DNA of 58,417 nt, counting the filler, from Bipalium vagum (lineage: Eukaryota), in assembly GCA_037834085.1 (NCBI GenBank). It is 3 parts of 3 records of this genome, joined end to end, with 100 filler letters (N's around TTAATTAATTAA, not from the genome) between each part and the next. Parts side by side here need not be neighbours in the genome. Positions count along the whole stretch, not along the records: positions 16,720 to 41,355 come from JBBMKC010199386.1; positions 41,456 to 58,417 come from JBBMKC010084427.1; 1 more part is not named here. One strand, given 5' to 3'. Positions 27,701 to 41,654 of this stretch are shown here, one piece after another. Each line of letters starts with the position of its first letter. The first letter of the stretch is position 1. The translations under genes were made by a program, and so were the position numbers. The notes beneath the pieces are model-generated. The model ran no database searches and was not told the DNA's origin. It saw only the letters and a list, made by a program, of their open reading frames with translations.

Positions 27701-30027
27701 AATATTGTAAATATAATATATTCGTTTAAATATAATATAATTTCACAAAATATATGAAATATTATATCCATTATTTATTTATTTTTAATTATTTTTTTAT
27801 TATTGAGATATTATAATTAATATTGTGAAATGATATAATTAAAAATTAGTTATTAATACTTATTATTATTTTTACATATATTTATTTATACTAATATTTT
27901 TATATATTTAGTATTTTTTTATATATATTGAAATATTATATATTATACTGTGAAATATAATAATTTTAATTGATAATTCAATATTTTATTCCTATATTAT
28001 TTTAGTAAATTAATTTTTTAATTATGTTAATATTAATCATCTCCATTGAAATTAATTAATACGACAGCTCATAAGACATTTATTTCAAGGATTTGGCAAT
28101 TCCATTAATGCATAATAGAAAATAAAATTTAGTGAACTACTCACAGTTGGATGTCATACGTTGAGGAATTTTTGGTCAGAGCTTACTTTTCTGGGATTAT
28201 AAATCAATCAATATAAATACCACAAATCAATGGCATTTGTGATTGATTAAATATTTCTGTCTGCAAGTTAACCTTTTTATCATTTTATTACTGTTGGAAT
28301 AATAATTTACAGTGTTGGTGTGAAGTAGATTAATATTTTAACAAATTAATTTTATAAACTTATATTTATAAATTACTTATAAACATTAAGTTAAATTATT
28401 GATAATTAAATTAGTTAATAAATAATAAACTTAATTTTATATATTATGTATCATAATGATTTTCTTAATTTTTATTCGTCAATAATTGAATATTTTACTA
28501 ATAATTTTAAGATTCACGTCTAATTTTCTTTTAAATAAAATTTTCAGTTACTAATTTATTGATTATTAATTTTATTACCAGTGTCAAGACATTATATTGT
28601 TAATATTTTATAAGAAAAAACATGATTAAAAAAATATAAAAACATTTCATTAACATTTTCTTTTTATTCAAAAAATTATATATTTACAATGCTTTCAAGG
28701 ATTAAATCTAATTCCCCATCAACCCACTTAAGCTGTTTCACAAATTTTGGTATGTATTTCTGCTCTACTTAATATGGATAAAATTGATCCGAGGATTATA
28801 TTATAATCTGTTTTTGAAATTTTATGAAGAAAAATTTTTAAATAAAAAATAAATAATATTTCAGTGACTTATTTTCAGTAAATAAATTTTTCAGGAAAAT
28901 ATATAACATACATAAAATGATAGCGGTTTCCTTTTTCTAAAATTTTTATAGATTAAATCAAATAAAAACGATATCATGAAAAATAATTTATTAAAAACAC
29001 CGATTTCAAAAAAATTAAGAAAATTATAAATAAATGATCAAGAATTATGCAATGCCATTCTCTACTCCCCCCACAGAAATTATTTTTTGATAATATTATT
29101 GATAGATTTTTGTAATAAGTTTTTGCTTTCTAAAATAAAGCTCCTTCCTCTATTTACAATTAAACATACTGGTTTTGATTTAATTAGTTCAGATTACATG
29201 CCAGTATGTCTACTTTTGTTTTTCGGTATGAGAATTATCTTTGAAAAATATAAATAGACTTTTTCAAAGATTCTTTCAGAACATTGTGGTAATTAGCTGG
29301 TTAACATTACTTGGCATTGTCTTGCACCCATTCTCTTATTTATAAATATATTATACTATATCCTATGATCTTCTGTCTCTTTCATTTTATAATGATAACA
29401 TTATTCTATTTGAACCATTCATATTAACATTATTCTCATCTAAAAAAATTAAATTTTACCAATAACTGTTAAGTTCTGACAAAATCAAGAAGATCTTAAA
29501 TATGATGATTTTCTAATTTTTTAGAGCAGCCAATATTTTTTATTTTAATTTTCACGGTATTTAGTTAAATGAAAGTGTAATTCTCTTTTCCTCTTTTTCT
29601 ACACAAATTATTGAAATAATAAAGCAAAATAATCTATATTTTATCGGTAAAAACCTTGTGCTTGTTTTCACCATTGTTTTATTCATCACTTTCTTATTTA
29701 TTTCTTTATAAAACTCAATTTTAAATCTTTAATATGTTCGTCATTTAAATTTTCAAACATCGAATTAACAAAAAAAATGATAAAGAATAATTTTTTAAAA
29801 AGATGATTTATTCAAATATATTCTGGAAGTAATTTTACAAAAATATTAATCTTTTTTCAACAATTTCTACTCTTTGGATAGTACACTAAAGAAATATCAA
29901 GTATTTAAGAGCATAAAAAATATAACGTTTCTGTTATAATAAAATCGTTTTAATAGTTACAATTTTTTTGATTTTTTATAGATTTAATTATTATTTTAAA
30001 AATGTCCTAATTCTTTTTTCATTTTAG

Positions 30028-30133
30028 TGTCCTCTTATCGATGCAAAGAAGTAAAAAATATTTTATATGACCTCAAGAATGATGCATTTACAAGCAGTAG
30101 TTACAAGGATAATTTTTATCCACATTTGGCTCG
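30028..30133 (+). CDS. DDR-like gene exon 2: start of discoidin (F5/8 type C) domain
   Basis: Pyrimidine tract and TTTTAG acceptor, CG|GTATGT donor; reads SSYRCKEVKNILYDLKNDAFTSSSYKDNFYPHLAR (C...L...F.SSS....P..AR discoidin pattern); phase 1 to 2. Confidence 0.85.
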
Positions 30134-33100
30134 GTATGTTCGATTCTTATAATTTTATTATGACAAGCCTAGCGTATTTTGACATTTTTTTGAGATTTTA
30201 TAGATTAAAAAATTTATTTTATCACATTTACGTTTTATTATAATTAATAATTTTGTCAATATTAACGATTGCACCAGATATAAATTAATATTCACACCCA
30301 TGTACATATTATATTATTGTCTGTCTGAAAATATAAATTGATCAAGGGAACTTAATATTAAATTTTTTCTATTATTATACTTTTCATAATGTCCATACAA
30401 ATGTCTTCAAAACTATGCGAAGACATACAATATTTCTTTAAAATCGTGAAAACAATAACTCCTAGTCCTAAATATCCGTTGTCATTTTATGAGAAAAATA
30501 ATTGCCAAATATTGCAACAAAAGAAATATGAATTTATTGGTTTCTCTTTTCTCAAACATATTTTTTATCTTTACATATATTATGACAAGTTTACCAAATC
30601 AATGATCATTTATTTTCTAAACCTCGGAGAATTTTATATAATATGAGAAGCGAATTGTCGATAAAATATTGCAGTGTACAGACCAGGAAAACAATTTGCG
30701 TAGATGCTGCTGAATTTCAGTTCAAGCAGTTTTTGTAGATATCATCCTCATTATTGCTGCAATGCATTGATATATTGTCCACTGGAATATTTTGTCTGCA
30801 AAAATTTTCCTACATATTTATTTTCAATATTTTCTCTAACTCCAATAAACAAAACCTATCATCTTTCAAAGTTTAACATTTGGTTTAGGAATGATTTTAA
30901 TAATGTTCTGATATATTTATATTATCTCGTGATAAATGTAAAAGTTGACAGAAAACCATTTATTATTAAAAGAAAAAGACTATCAGTGAAAAGTGTTTCA
31001 TAAGCTATAAAAACCGATATTATTATATAATTGATTTGATGTTGTCAATATCATGGTCAGGGTGAACCTCAAAAGATGATAAAATATATTCCACTTATCA
31101 AATGTTTACCTAATTATTTGTCAGTTAATTTATCTCTCCAATTTTCCATTTCGAATATGCTTTTGATAACCGCCCTCAACAACACCGGTCACAGTGTTCT
31201 GCCATTGCTAGTTTGATGTTTCAGGGGATTAAATTATTTTCAGAAAAGACTTTCAGAATTATAATGAAGTCGATTTTTTAACTGAATCGATTTATTTATG
31301 ACTTTTCAATGCATATTGAAATGATTTGATGATAATGTGATTCCTTTCCCATTAATAATTGACTGTGGATTTTATTCGTAACCAGGAAAATGTCTTAGAT
31401 ATTGCTCAATAAATTATTAATGATTTATTGCTCGTTTAATGATTGAAAATATTGACTTGTATTTTGGTTTGATTCATTGAGGTCTCGGTACCGCTAATTG
31501 ATTGACCCATTGATTGCCATCATTTGTATTGTTTTAAATAATTAATCTTTATTGGATGAGATCGAGGAGACTTGTGAAGCGTATCATTTCAAATTACCCA
31601 ATCTACCCGTTATAATTTTTATCGATTTTTTAATTTTTCATTATTGATTGAATGAGAATTTTTTTTGAAATGTCATAGTTTTTTTTAATTTACACTGTTT
31701 TATTTCTTTTAGATTTTTCTTTAAATATTATTTATTACAATATTTTTAATATTGCAATCGTTTGCTGAATGAACTTATTTTCTCTAATTTGTTTTCGTTC
31801 AATTTCGAGATAATTTCAAGTGTTACACGGTGATTTTGTTTACACTACTTTGGTTTTTCCCTTATCACTTTTGTTATTTTTTAAATTTAAATTTTTTCTT
31901 CAAGCAGAAATGGTGAACTTGAAAAATTATTTATCTTGTCAATTAAAAATTTTGTTTATCTTATGTTACATTTGTAGTGAAGTCTCTATCGAACTTAAAT
32001 AGATAAAAATTTTCCTTTATTTGTCTACCAACTTTTCAATTATATTTGTGTTGAGCACATAATAATTTAAAGTAAGTACTCTTTTTTAAAATGTCCTGGT
32101 CAAATATTTCACAAATATGATGAAAATGTTAAGGTTTTCTTAACATTGATATTTGAGAAATTATATCAGCAACCACTTATTTCCTTGACACAATATATTA
32201 TGAAATCCAATCAACATTTTTCTAATTATTTTAGTATTTTTCTCCATATAATTCTTGTTTCTGTCGACATTTTTAGGTGAAATTCGTTTACGAAATGGCA
32301 ATCCGCTTTACAATATGTTAACTGTCATTTTTTAACTATTAGACTTTGCAGTTACCTATTTTTTATTTAAACCAATCAGATAATTATTATTTATACATTT
32401 TTAAACTTATTATTACATCAACCTTAACTTGATTTTTCTTAAATTTCTCTGACATTGTCTCATTAGAATATTAAATTTTACTGAAAATTATTAAATTTTT
32501 TTCATCATTCTTAAAAATATAGGAATCGAAGAATTTCACAATTCCAATCAATATTATAATATCGTTTAGCTAAGAAAAATTTTCATGGTTCATTGTTAAA
32601 AATATAACTTAGAATATTGAAAATTGAAACTTTCAAATCAACTACCTTATAACTGTAAAATTTGTAGCACTTATTGAAAATTTTTAAATAAAGTTTTTGG
32701 TAGAACACTGTTTTCGATCAAATACATAAATAAAATATGGGCATCTTAGCGTGATTAGACGAAACTTTAATTATTGTTAATATATGAATCTTATTATTGG
32801 AATTATGTAAATTATAATTTTGTTTATAATATAATCCGTAAATTGAAGAGATAAGTATTCTTATCCTCATCAACTTATTCGCATTTTGTTACAGGCTCTG
32901 CTTAAGTAATTTTGAATCTCTACGTTAATAATAATAATAACACGATTGATTTGTTAAAGGTATTACAATATATTTTCATCTTAATATTATTTGAATTTTT
33001 AAAAATAATAAAAAAAAAGAATACTAATAAATTTTAAATAATAATAAAAAGTTATAAAAATTTGGATTATTTAAAAATTTGTAAAACGTAATCGAGGATT

Positions 33101-35906
33101 ATTTCTTTTTCAAATTTTACCAGAAAAACTATTTTTAAATTTTAAAGCCAGAAAAATTAATCAAACCTTATGTATTCATAAATTTATGGATTTTAATGCT
33201 GTTTATATCAATCAGTTATGAGAGGATTCAATACTATCCAATTCTACTTTTTATTATATCATGGATTCCAGATCGAAACCGACGGTGGTTATCTCAAACT
33301 CTCTATTCCATGTGATTAGTTTTTAACATATGTCGGTACTTTTAAATAAAAATCCATTAAATACTGGTTTGTAGTTCAGAATATCCGGTTCATGATATAA
33401 TGATGATATTTGTACAATGATTAAAACGAAATCAATGAACTGTTGACTAAACCAACCAAATAATTATTTAAAAGTTAATACCACTGTAAAGATCGTTTAT
33501 CTTTATGCTATCAATCTAGACTCGTTGGAAAAATGGATAAAATTAATACAATCACAGATAATTATCAAGATTTTATAAATAATATTTTCCCGAAAACACT
33601 GAAAATATTTTCTTCTATTAATATAAATCTTAATTAAGATAATATATTTTGGTTCAACCAGTCATTATTGAAACTGTGAAATGTTAATTAATGAATTTAA
33701 AAATGGTAAAGATTAAATATTTTGATAAGCCGAAAATATTTGATTCGCAAATTTAGCGAGAAATCAGTTCTATTATTAATTCATCCATTTAGAGGAGTCT
33801 TTTAGAACTCTATGCCGAATATATTTAGAATAATGTGAGAATAAATTTTTTAAAAAAACTATTTTTATAGATTTATTATCATTAGATAATAATAATAATA
33901 ATTTTTCAAATTATGTCAGTGTCACTGCTGAATAAAGCAAATATTATTTTTCAAAACATTTTCTGAAAGTTAATAATCCACAATATTTGTGAGATAACAT
34001 ATTCCAGAGGAAACTCTGGCGGTTTTGTGATGTGTTATGTTATTGAACTTCATTGGCATAATATTTTTATGGTCTAACCTGGTGGTATCGTCATAATAGA
34101 CTGGATCGCTGAAGATTGACCAAGGAAAACTGTTCTAATTCTATCGTTATGGATTCCTTGAGATATATCTCCTTTAGATGTATAGACTGTTTTTCCCCCG
34201 ACGATATCCACATGTTAGCCTGGACCTGATGAAAACAATTGCGCCAAAGAAAACAATAGAAAATCAAAAACAAATTCAAATAATATACAAATGATAAATA
34301 AGAACTTAACCAAATCGCCAATTAACTTTATTTATGATCTTGTAGTAACCTGTAAATTAATCGCTGTAACTTAAAAATTATTTAGGATCATCAGATATGA
34401 TGTAGGGGGGGATATTGTGTAATCGCTATTATCAGAATTTAATGAACCAAATATTCACCTGCATTTCGGCATTTGTTGTCATGCATTTTAACGATTGACA
34501 TTTGACTTTTCTTGTGATGCTTGTGAAAAATCAATTTTACACCATATATTAAAATGGGATTTCATTATTGCAGGTGTGACAACAAGTGAAACAGCTCTCT
34601 AAAAAATTGGATACACGATAAATAATTTTTTTTGTCTATAACAAGGTATAACCTTACCCTTATAATAGAACATGTCGTGGATAGCAGAATGAATGATACA
34701 GTTACAAGAATTTTCGATTGTTATCAAAATTGGAATTGAAATTTTTCAGATTACAATAATTCATAAAAACAAGTCTCGGGTATTAAAATAATAACACGAA
34801 GAAAAGAGATGTAAAATGTGAAATTGGTAAATAATAAAAATAGGGAACATTATTAAGAAATAGGTGACTTTTAATTCTATAAATAATTCCTGAAATCGGA
34901 ACCTGTAAAGCATGATTAATAGAAGACAATTTCCAAAAAAGTATGTTACAATTATTGAAAAAATGAGTATTTTATTTTTATTAGTAATTGGGGACGAAAA
35001 TAAACATTTTCCGGCTTTATGCATTTTATCCCAACTAATGATAATTAGGAAGCCAGGAAATTTTAAAAAATCATGTTTCAACTTATCGTTGGGCATGGCA
35101 AAAAATCAGTTGACTTTTAATTTTCTTTCGGTTAATCTCGTTTAAAAAATATGTAGGCCTGAAATTTATTTTGTTAGAAAATTTAATTCCTCTTCCACAG
35201 TAAACCCCTTTCTTCGAAATTGATTGTCACAGAAATCTGAAATCTATCGATGCCAGTTAAACACGGGCTAGAGAAAGGTAAATTTATAATCACCAATGGG
35301 TTAACAAAAATTTTACGATAAAATTGCACAAGGAAAACAAATGTATGAAAAACACCTATTTTGTCCTATAACATCCGAATCTGCACAAGTAAGTGGTTTA
35401 CATGTGGTGAAAGTGACAGGACAATTAATGCAAATTAAGCCATTGTCAAGCTGTGACTGTCGTTAGGTTATCGGCGATGCGACACTGGAGATGAATTGAA
35501 CCAGTCCTAGTTTTAATGATTAGGTGATTCATGTTGTAGACTATTCACAGAACATGTTGATTTACGACTTGATTATCCAAATCAGGTCGTAAGAGATAAA
35601 ATCGATCTCGTTCCATTGAACTGTCCTATTAATATCTGCTGTCCCTGGCTTATAAAATGTCAACTAAGATGGCTTTATGTACCCCTACATTTTTATAAAT
35701 TTTGTTTTTCTCTTTTGGCTTATTTACCGATTTGTTATTAATTCATAATTAATGGTTGATTTCTAATTCAATCCCTCTGTGTGAAGAATCAATTGTATAT
35801 TCGATAAATTTTTTACTATTTTTTTTATCTATATTTTACAATTCTTTAGCAAAATGAATTTTTTCTTTTTCAAAAGAAAATGAAAATTAATTGGTAATTT
35901 TTTAAG

Positions 35907-36063
35907 TCGAGCCATAAAAGACGGAAATAGTACCAGTGGATCAGAACTTGCTTGGTGTCCAAAGGGACCAATTGGGCCCAACTCAAAGGAATTTATCCAA
36001 GTTGAATTCAATAAATTGGAAATATTGTGCACCATTTTTACTTATGGATTGGACAGTGGAAAT
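35907..36063 (+). CDS. DDR-like gene exon 3: discoidin domain core
   Basis: TTTTTAAG acceptor (phase 2), AAT|GTAATC donor; reads RAIKDGNSTSGSELAWCPKGPIGPNSKEFIQVEFNKLEILCTIFTYGLDSGN, matching the DDR AWCP......E(Y/F)LQVD.......TQG signature. Confidence 0.9.
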
Positions 36064-36997
36064 GTAATCAATAAATAAATTAATTATTATTTATATCATT
36101 TATTTCAACTGACAAATTTTTTTGAAGATGCTCTGTCGATTTAATCTTTGTCTTTGTTTCAATACAGGGTTCCATGGAAAAATTAAAGAATTTTAGAATA
36201 AAGTCTCTCATCTTCTGTTGTTAAATAAAACTTTTAATTTTTAATGCAAATTTGACTCAAATTATTTATTTATCAAAATTTATTTTTGTTAATTAGGAAA
36301 GATAATTGAAGTTCTATTTGGATCGGAAATTTTCAATATATTTCATTGTTATTAATATTATTATTAATACGTATAACGTTTTATAACATTGAAAGAAGAA
36401 ATTTTGCTTCATAATTTGTAATATTTTTGCTAAGTGAGTATTGACCTCCAATCTCAGGTCATTCCAATGAAATCTATGTAGTGTCAAGCATATGTTATAG
36501 GTTTAGTGGTTTTTCATTTCGCCATGTCTGTAGTGACTTTATTGCATGAACGAACCATTTGGCTAACGTCCACCGCAATTAGTAGATCATTAGAAAAAGT
36601 AAAGAGTGTCTATAGAAGTCTTAAAGGAAAAATAACTCAAGACAATTAGTTTCTATCAGCAATTGTTCAGTGTTAGAGAACTTCATTTCAACAATCAAAT
36701 TGAAGAGTAAATAAAGGAAAATACTAGATTTTTCAATTAAATTTATTGGCTTCATGTAGATAATATATGAAACTTCAACTGGAAAATCAATAATAAGCAC
36801 TCAAAAACTGATTTTTAAATTATTTTTGGTCAATGAAGTATAAACTTTTCTAAAAAATCCATAAGAAGGAAAAGGTTATGAATGTTGATTTTTATAATAA
36901 ATATATTAATAAAACATAATAAAATTGATTTTTGTATACCGAAGGTAGTCCTTAAAAGGATTTAGTAAAAAATGTAATCAATGTCGTTGTTTCCTAT

Positions 36998-37122
36998 TAT
37001 AGGAGTACGCAAAAAAACTTCATTTTTACAAAATTATATTTTAATTATATATTATTATAATATTATAAAATATGTGTTTGTAGTAATTTAGAAAAAACGA
37101 AGTTTTTTTGCGGACCCCTATA
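36998..37122. mobile_element. Small MITE (~125 bp)
   Basis: ~38-bp imperfect TIRs TAGGAGTACGCAAAAAAACTTCATTTTTACAAAATTA / TAATTTAGAAAAAACGAAGTTTTTTTGCGGACCCCTA with TATA-type flanks. Confidence 0.75.
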
Positions 37123-38169
37123 TTTATGAAGTTTGGTATTCCGTTTGCTCTATATTTTAATGATATAATATTAATTTTTTAAAAATCTTTTTATATATAA
37201 TTTTTTTTAATTGTCTAAGACAAAAAGGGTGGCATATAATGGTTATTATTTGTAACAAAAAACACAGATCATTTAATTATTAATGATGTCAACAATATAG
37301 AACTTGAGAAATAAATCTCTTAAGAACAAGATTTCTACATTGGTGGCATATTTCTGAAAATGGTCTCATTTTTAAGACAAAACCAAAAATTAACACGCCT
37401 TCAAAATAAAAATGTAGTTAATCAAATTCCTCATTTTAAACGAGAGGGGTTATTTATGATTGGTCTTAATGGAATTTTGTAATAAAAATAATTAAGAACC
37501 ATTATTGGAATTTTCGTTGAACATGAAAAGAAAATAGTAGTCTATTTTTGCTATCGGAAAATATCGATGAAATTTTAAGGCATTGATTAGCATTTAGAAA
37601 AATTCTGGAAATTACTGAATGGTTTTCTTTTTACATATTTACTTGTTTGTTATTGTCATGTTATGTTTATTTACTTTCGTGTGGAAAAGTTAACGTGTTC
37701 AGTTTTTTCAGAATTTGTTTACTCTTTCTCTGAATCATTCTGCCATTTTTGTTGACAAGCATTTATTATCGTAGAACGATTCTAAACTTTTTGCGAATTT
37801 GACATTGTTTTTCAAAAATTGTATTTATAGACCACATTTAAATGGTCAAGCCTTAAAGATCTGAAATATAATAATGATATATCGTTTTTTTTAAACCAAT
37901 TGAATATTTTTTACATTCCATTGCCGTAAATCAGATAAAGTATTAATAGAGTTTAATATTTTTTCTATTTGTGGATGGTATTGGTTTATTATAATTTTCA
38001 TAGATTCATTATCATCTATAGTGTATATTGATTATAGTGTTTTCGATTTTTTAAAGCTTTTGATGACTAACAAAATTTTATTAATTTATTATTATTATTG
38101 AATTAAATCGATTTCATTTTTTGATTATTTTGGTCGTCTTAAGCTTTTATATAACGTTTTTTTAATTAG

Positions 38170-38259
38170 ATTGGGTTTTTCGTTAGCAAATTCTATCTGG
38201 ATTATCAAAGAGAAGATGGTAATTATTGGCACCGATACAGAAATAATACTGGGAGTTTG
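38170..38259 (+). CDS. DDR-like gene exon 4: discoidin domain
   Basis: ATTAG acceptor phase 0, TTG|GTAATA donor; IGFFVSKFYLDYQREDGNYWHRYRNNTGSL matches discoidin F...Y.L.YS.DG..W..Y. Confidence 0.88.
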
Positions 38260-38836
38260 GTAATAATTTTATATGTTTATTATTCATCAAAGTAAATGTT
38301 AAAAATGAAGTAATTAATAATAGAAAATAAAAAATATCAGATCGAAAAATTATTTTAATAATATTTTTCCTGTTGTTTTTGAGTGTGTCATATTTTTTTC
38401 AGACAAGACCATAAATTTTTCATATGATATTTACAATTGAATATAATGACAACACTTGATTTTTTGTTCTTGATTTGAGAATTATAAATACATTAATCAG
38501 TAATTTTCAAGAGTAATCATAATTCTTTTGTGTTGCCTTGCAATTAATATGAATATATTTTATGATGTATAAGAAATTGGTGGAAAACACATGATACGGT
38601 GACGGAACATCTGACTTGTGTTCATGGAAAATGTATTCATCATTTGTCACAGTTATGTAATGTATTTTTTACAAAAAAGGAATTTAATCAAAATATTTGA
38701 TTGTGTATAATGAAATAATGATTTTTCTAATATCCCATTCTTCAAACTTTGAGGCATTGAACTTTCCTGAGGAATTGTAAATCAAATAATTTTTCTTTAT
38801 TTTTCTCTTCTGCAAAACTGGAATTCTTGAAAAAAG

Positions 38837-38851
38837 ACAGCCTTAATTAAT
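38837..38851 (+). CDS. Candidate 15-nt in-frame microexon (TALIN) of the DDR-like gene
   Basis: Pyrimidine tract 38791-38810, TGC at 38811, first downstream AG at 38835-36, ACAGCCTTAATTAAT, donor GTTTGT; phase 0-0; three TGCATG downstream. Confidence 0.5.
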
Positions 38852-41279
38852 GTTTGTGCATGTACCTTATGTCTTATTTTTTGACTCATGCTATAACAGA
38901 ATCAATCATTGTTACCAACGTTACCATGTGACCGACTGTTCGTGCATGTTTTCACGTGGGTGTTTTGCTTCGTTTTTAATTCCTCATGTGTCATGCATCA
39001 AATTGCATTCATTCATGCATGTCCTGCTTTGTTCGCTGCTCAGTGCATTTGTCTGACCTTTGTATTCCGTTGAAAGATAATTCTGTCGTTACTTAATCTT
39101 GTTTTTACTACATTCATTAATTTACATTTTTTTCAATTTCACGTCTTTATTTTGTTTTTATTTCACATTGATTTCACAAATTCAGATCAATTTTCATTTT
39201 AATTGATTTTATATATAACTGTGATTTTATAAAATTTATTAATTTTTTTTATAATCAAAAATATTTAAAAGAAATTAATTAATATTTTATTTTTGATTTC
39301 CTTAAAATAATTAAAAAATTTTCCTTTAAATTGAAGTGAATTTTTTCCCTTAGTAATAATTGTTAAAATAATATCATTTTTTTATTAATTTTAAGTTATT
39401 TTTTCATTGAAGAAATTCATTGTACACAATTCCAATATAACAAATGCAAATATTCCTATTATTTAATAAAATTAGTTAATGATCAACTCGTTCATAATGA
39501 TGAAGATAATTTCATATATTATTCTTATGTTACGCACCAATTAGTTTCGCTATAATTGGAATTGCAATTTGCATTGTCCGTATTCGTGTGTATTATTATC
39601 ATTTATATTTTCTCCATTGTGTTTTTCGATAGTGCAAATTTCTGTAAATAGATTTTTCTTTGTCAAATTTTAAAAAAATATGTACAAAAAAGCTTTTTAG
39701 TATTAAAATTAAATTAAATCAGCGTGTTAATATTTAAAATATGGTTTCGATAAACAAGAAAAAAGATAGAATTTCAAAAGGAAGAATGATTGGTAAATCA
39801 CGAAATTAGAAGTCTGTTGTTTATCATTAGAAGGCATATATATATAATGTATACAAAAAACCTTTCTTATATATTCCTAACATCTTATCAAGAGTTAAAA
39901 TTTTTAAATCAATTAAATTTTCACTAGAAATTTTTTATATTTTCAATGATTCCAGCTATTCTTAATTATGTTCTAACAATTTTTAAAGTTTTTTTTAAAT
40001 ATTTGGTTTTAAAAACGTTTGAAAACAAATCTTTGGGGTAAAACAAGTGGAATATTAACTTCATTATTTAGCTAAAATTTTATTGGACAGTAATTTTCTA
40101 AAATGTAAATAAAATTTCTAAAAAATTTTTATATTGTTTGAATTCTGAAAATGTTTTGAGAGAATTTTTTTTAATTAAAGAAAACGCTTAAAGATTCAAT
40201 TTGTATATTTAAAACATATTAAAATGTTAATTATACGTTACAATAATTATATTATACATTGATTGGTCGCGTATTAATTTTGCTTTTCATCATAGATTCT
40301 GAAAATTGAACCAAATATTTTTTCACAATTAAATTATTTACCATTTTGACATTTAATATAAATATTTTTAAAATGTGTCCTTTGAAATATCAAGAAACCA
40401 AATTAGATTAGTTCGCCTAGGTGAAGATCAGTTTTAATTTATTTAATTAAAAAGCAAATCGACCACAAGTTTGACCTAAAATGTAAAACCAATTTCTATA
40501 ATTATAGAATTCCCACTATCAAGTTGGTAGATTTAAGTTAACCTTTTAATAGGACATTCGTAAAGATTTTAGCTGGCAACATAAAATAGTGATTTTCTTT
40601 TTTACCTATGAAAAATTATTTCTCCATTAGAAATTCGAAAATGTAATAGAAAATACATCCTGTGAAATGCAGAAAAACCGAATGGTCATTTTATGTAAAT
40701 AAAAGTTCCACAATGATAATTTTCTAACTTAACCACGATCTTCCTCTATTTGAACAATCAGTAAATATTGATCATTGTAATATCTTAATATTTATACGTA
40801 ATAGTAACAGTAATTCTTTTTTACTACAATAAATAAACAAATCCTTATAGTATTCCTTATAAACATTTCCACCTTCTTGATTTCGTTTCTAATATTTTCA
40901 GATTCATGAATTATCCGAAATCCCATAAATAGTACTTTATTTTTGTTATAACGTTCTCCAGTTTATCGACTCGCTTTGTCAAATGAATTCGTGACGCTGT
41001 CTGATTTCTCTCAATATGATCAATTTACTATCCAAACTGTCCATCCATGTTTCAGATCCAGCAGTCATTCTTATCGTCTTTTATTTCTTCTTTTAGCAAT
41101 ATCAACGAAATTATATCATAATTTAATATTATTCAGTTATTCAAAGTTATTATTTATAATGTTAAGTAATTATTATTAATTAATTTATAATTGTGCAGTC
41201 TTAGAGATGAAGAAGACTTCACTAGCGCTTAACTTTATAATATTCACTTGAATCCCTGTCCTAAATTTAAACGCAGATT

Positions 41280-41295
41280 AATAATAATAATAATA

Positions 41296-41355
<60 letters not shown>
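41280..41355. repeat. (AAT)n microsatellite
   Basis: Direct reading; runs into the gap. Confidence 0.95.
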
Positions 41356-41455
41356 NNNNNNNNNNNNNNNNNNNNNNNNNNNNNNNNNNNNNNNNNNNNT
41401 TAATTAATTAANNNNNNNNNNNNNNNNNNNNNNNNNNNNNNNNNNNNNNNNNNNN
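41356..41455. other. Artificial 100-nt contig linker N44-TTAATTAATTAA-N44
   Basis: Same layout as 16620-16719. Confidence 0.97.
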
Positions 41456-41654
41456 GATTGTGATTTTTTTTGTTATTCTTGTAATTGAATATATTGAATA
41501 AAAACGCTAATGACTTTTGACTCAACCTGGTAAAGTTAATCACAAACGTTAACAATAAATTGTTTGTAAAGAGTAACTTTCAAACTTTAATATAAATATA
41601 AAAGTAAACATATTAATTTAAAGTAAAAGTTTTTTTATTGTTCTTTACTAGGCA

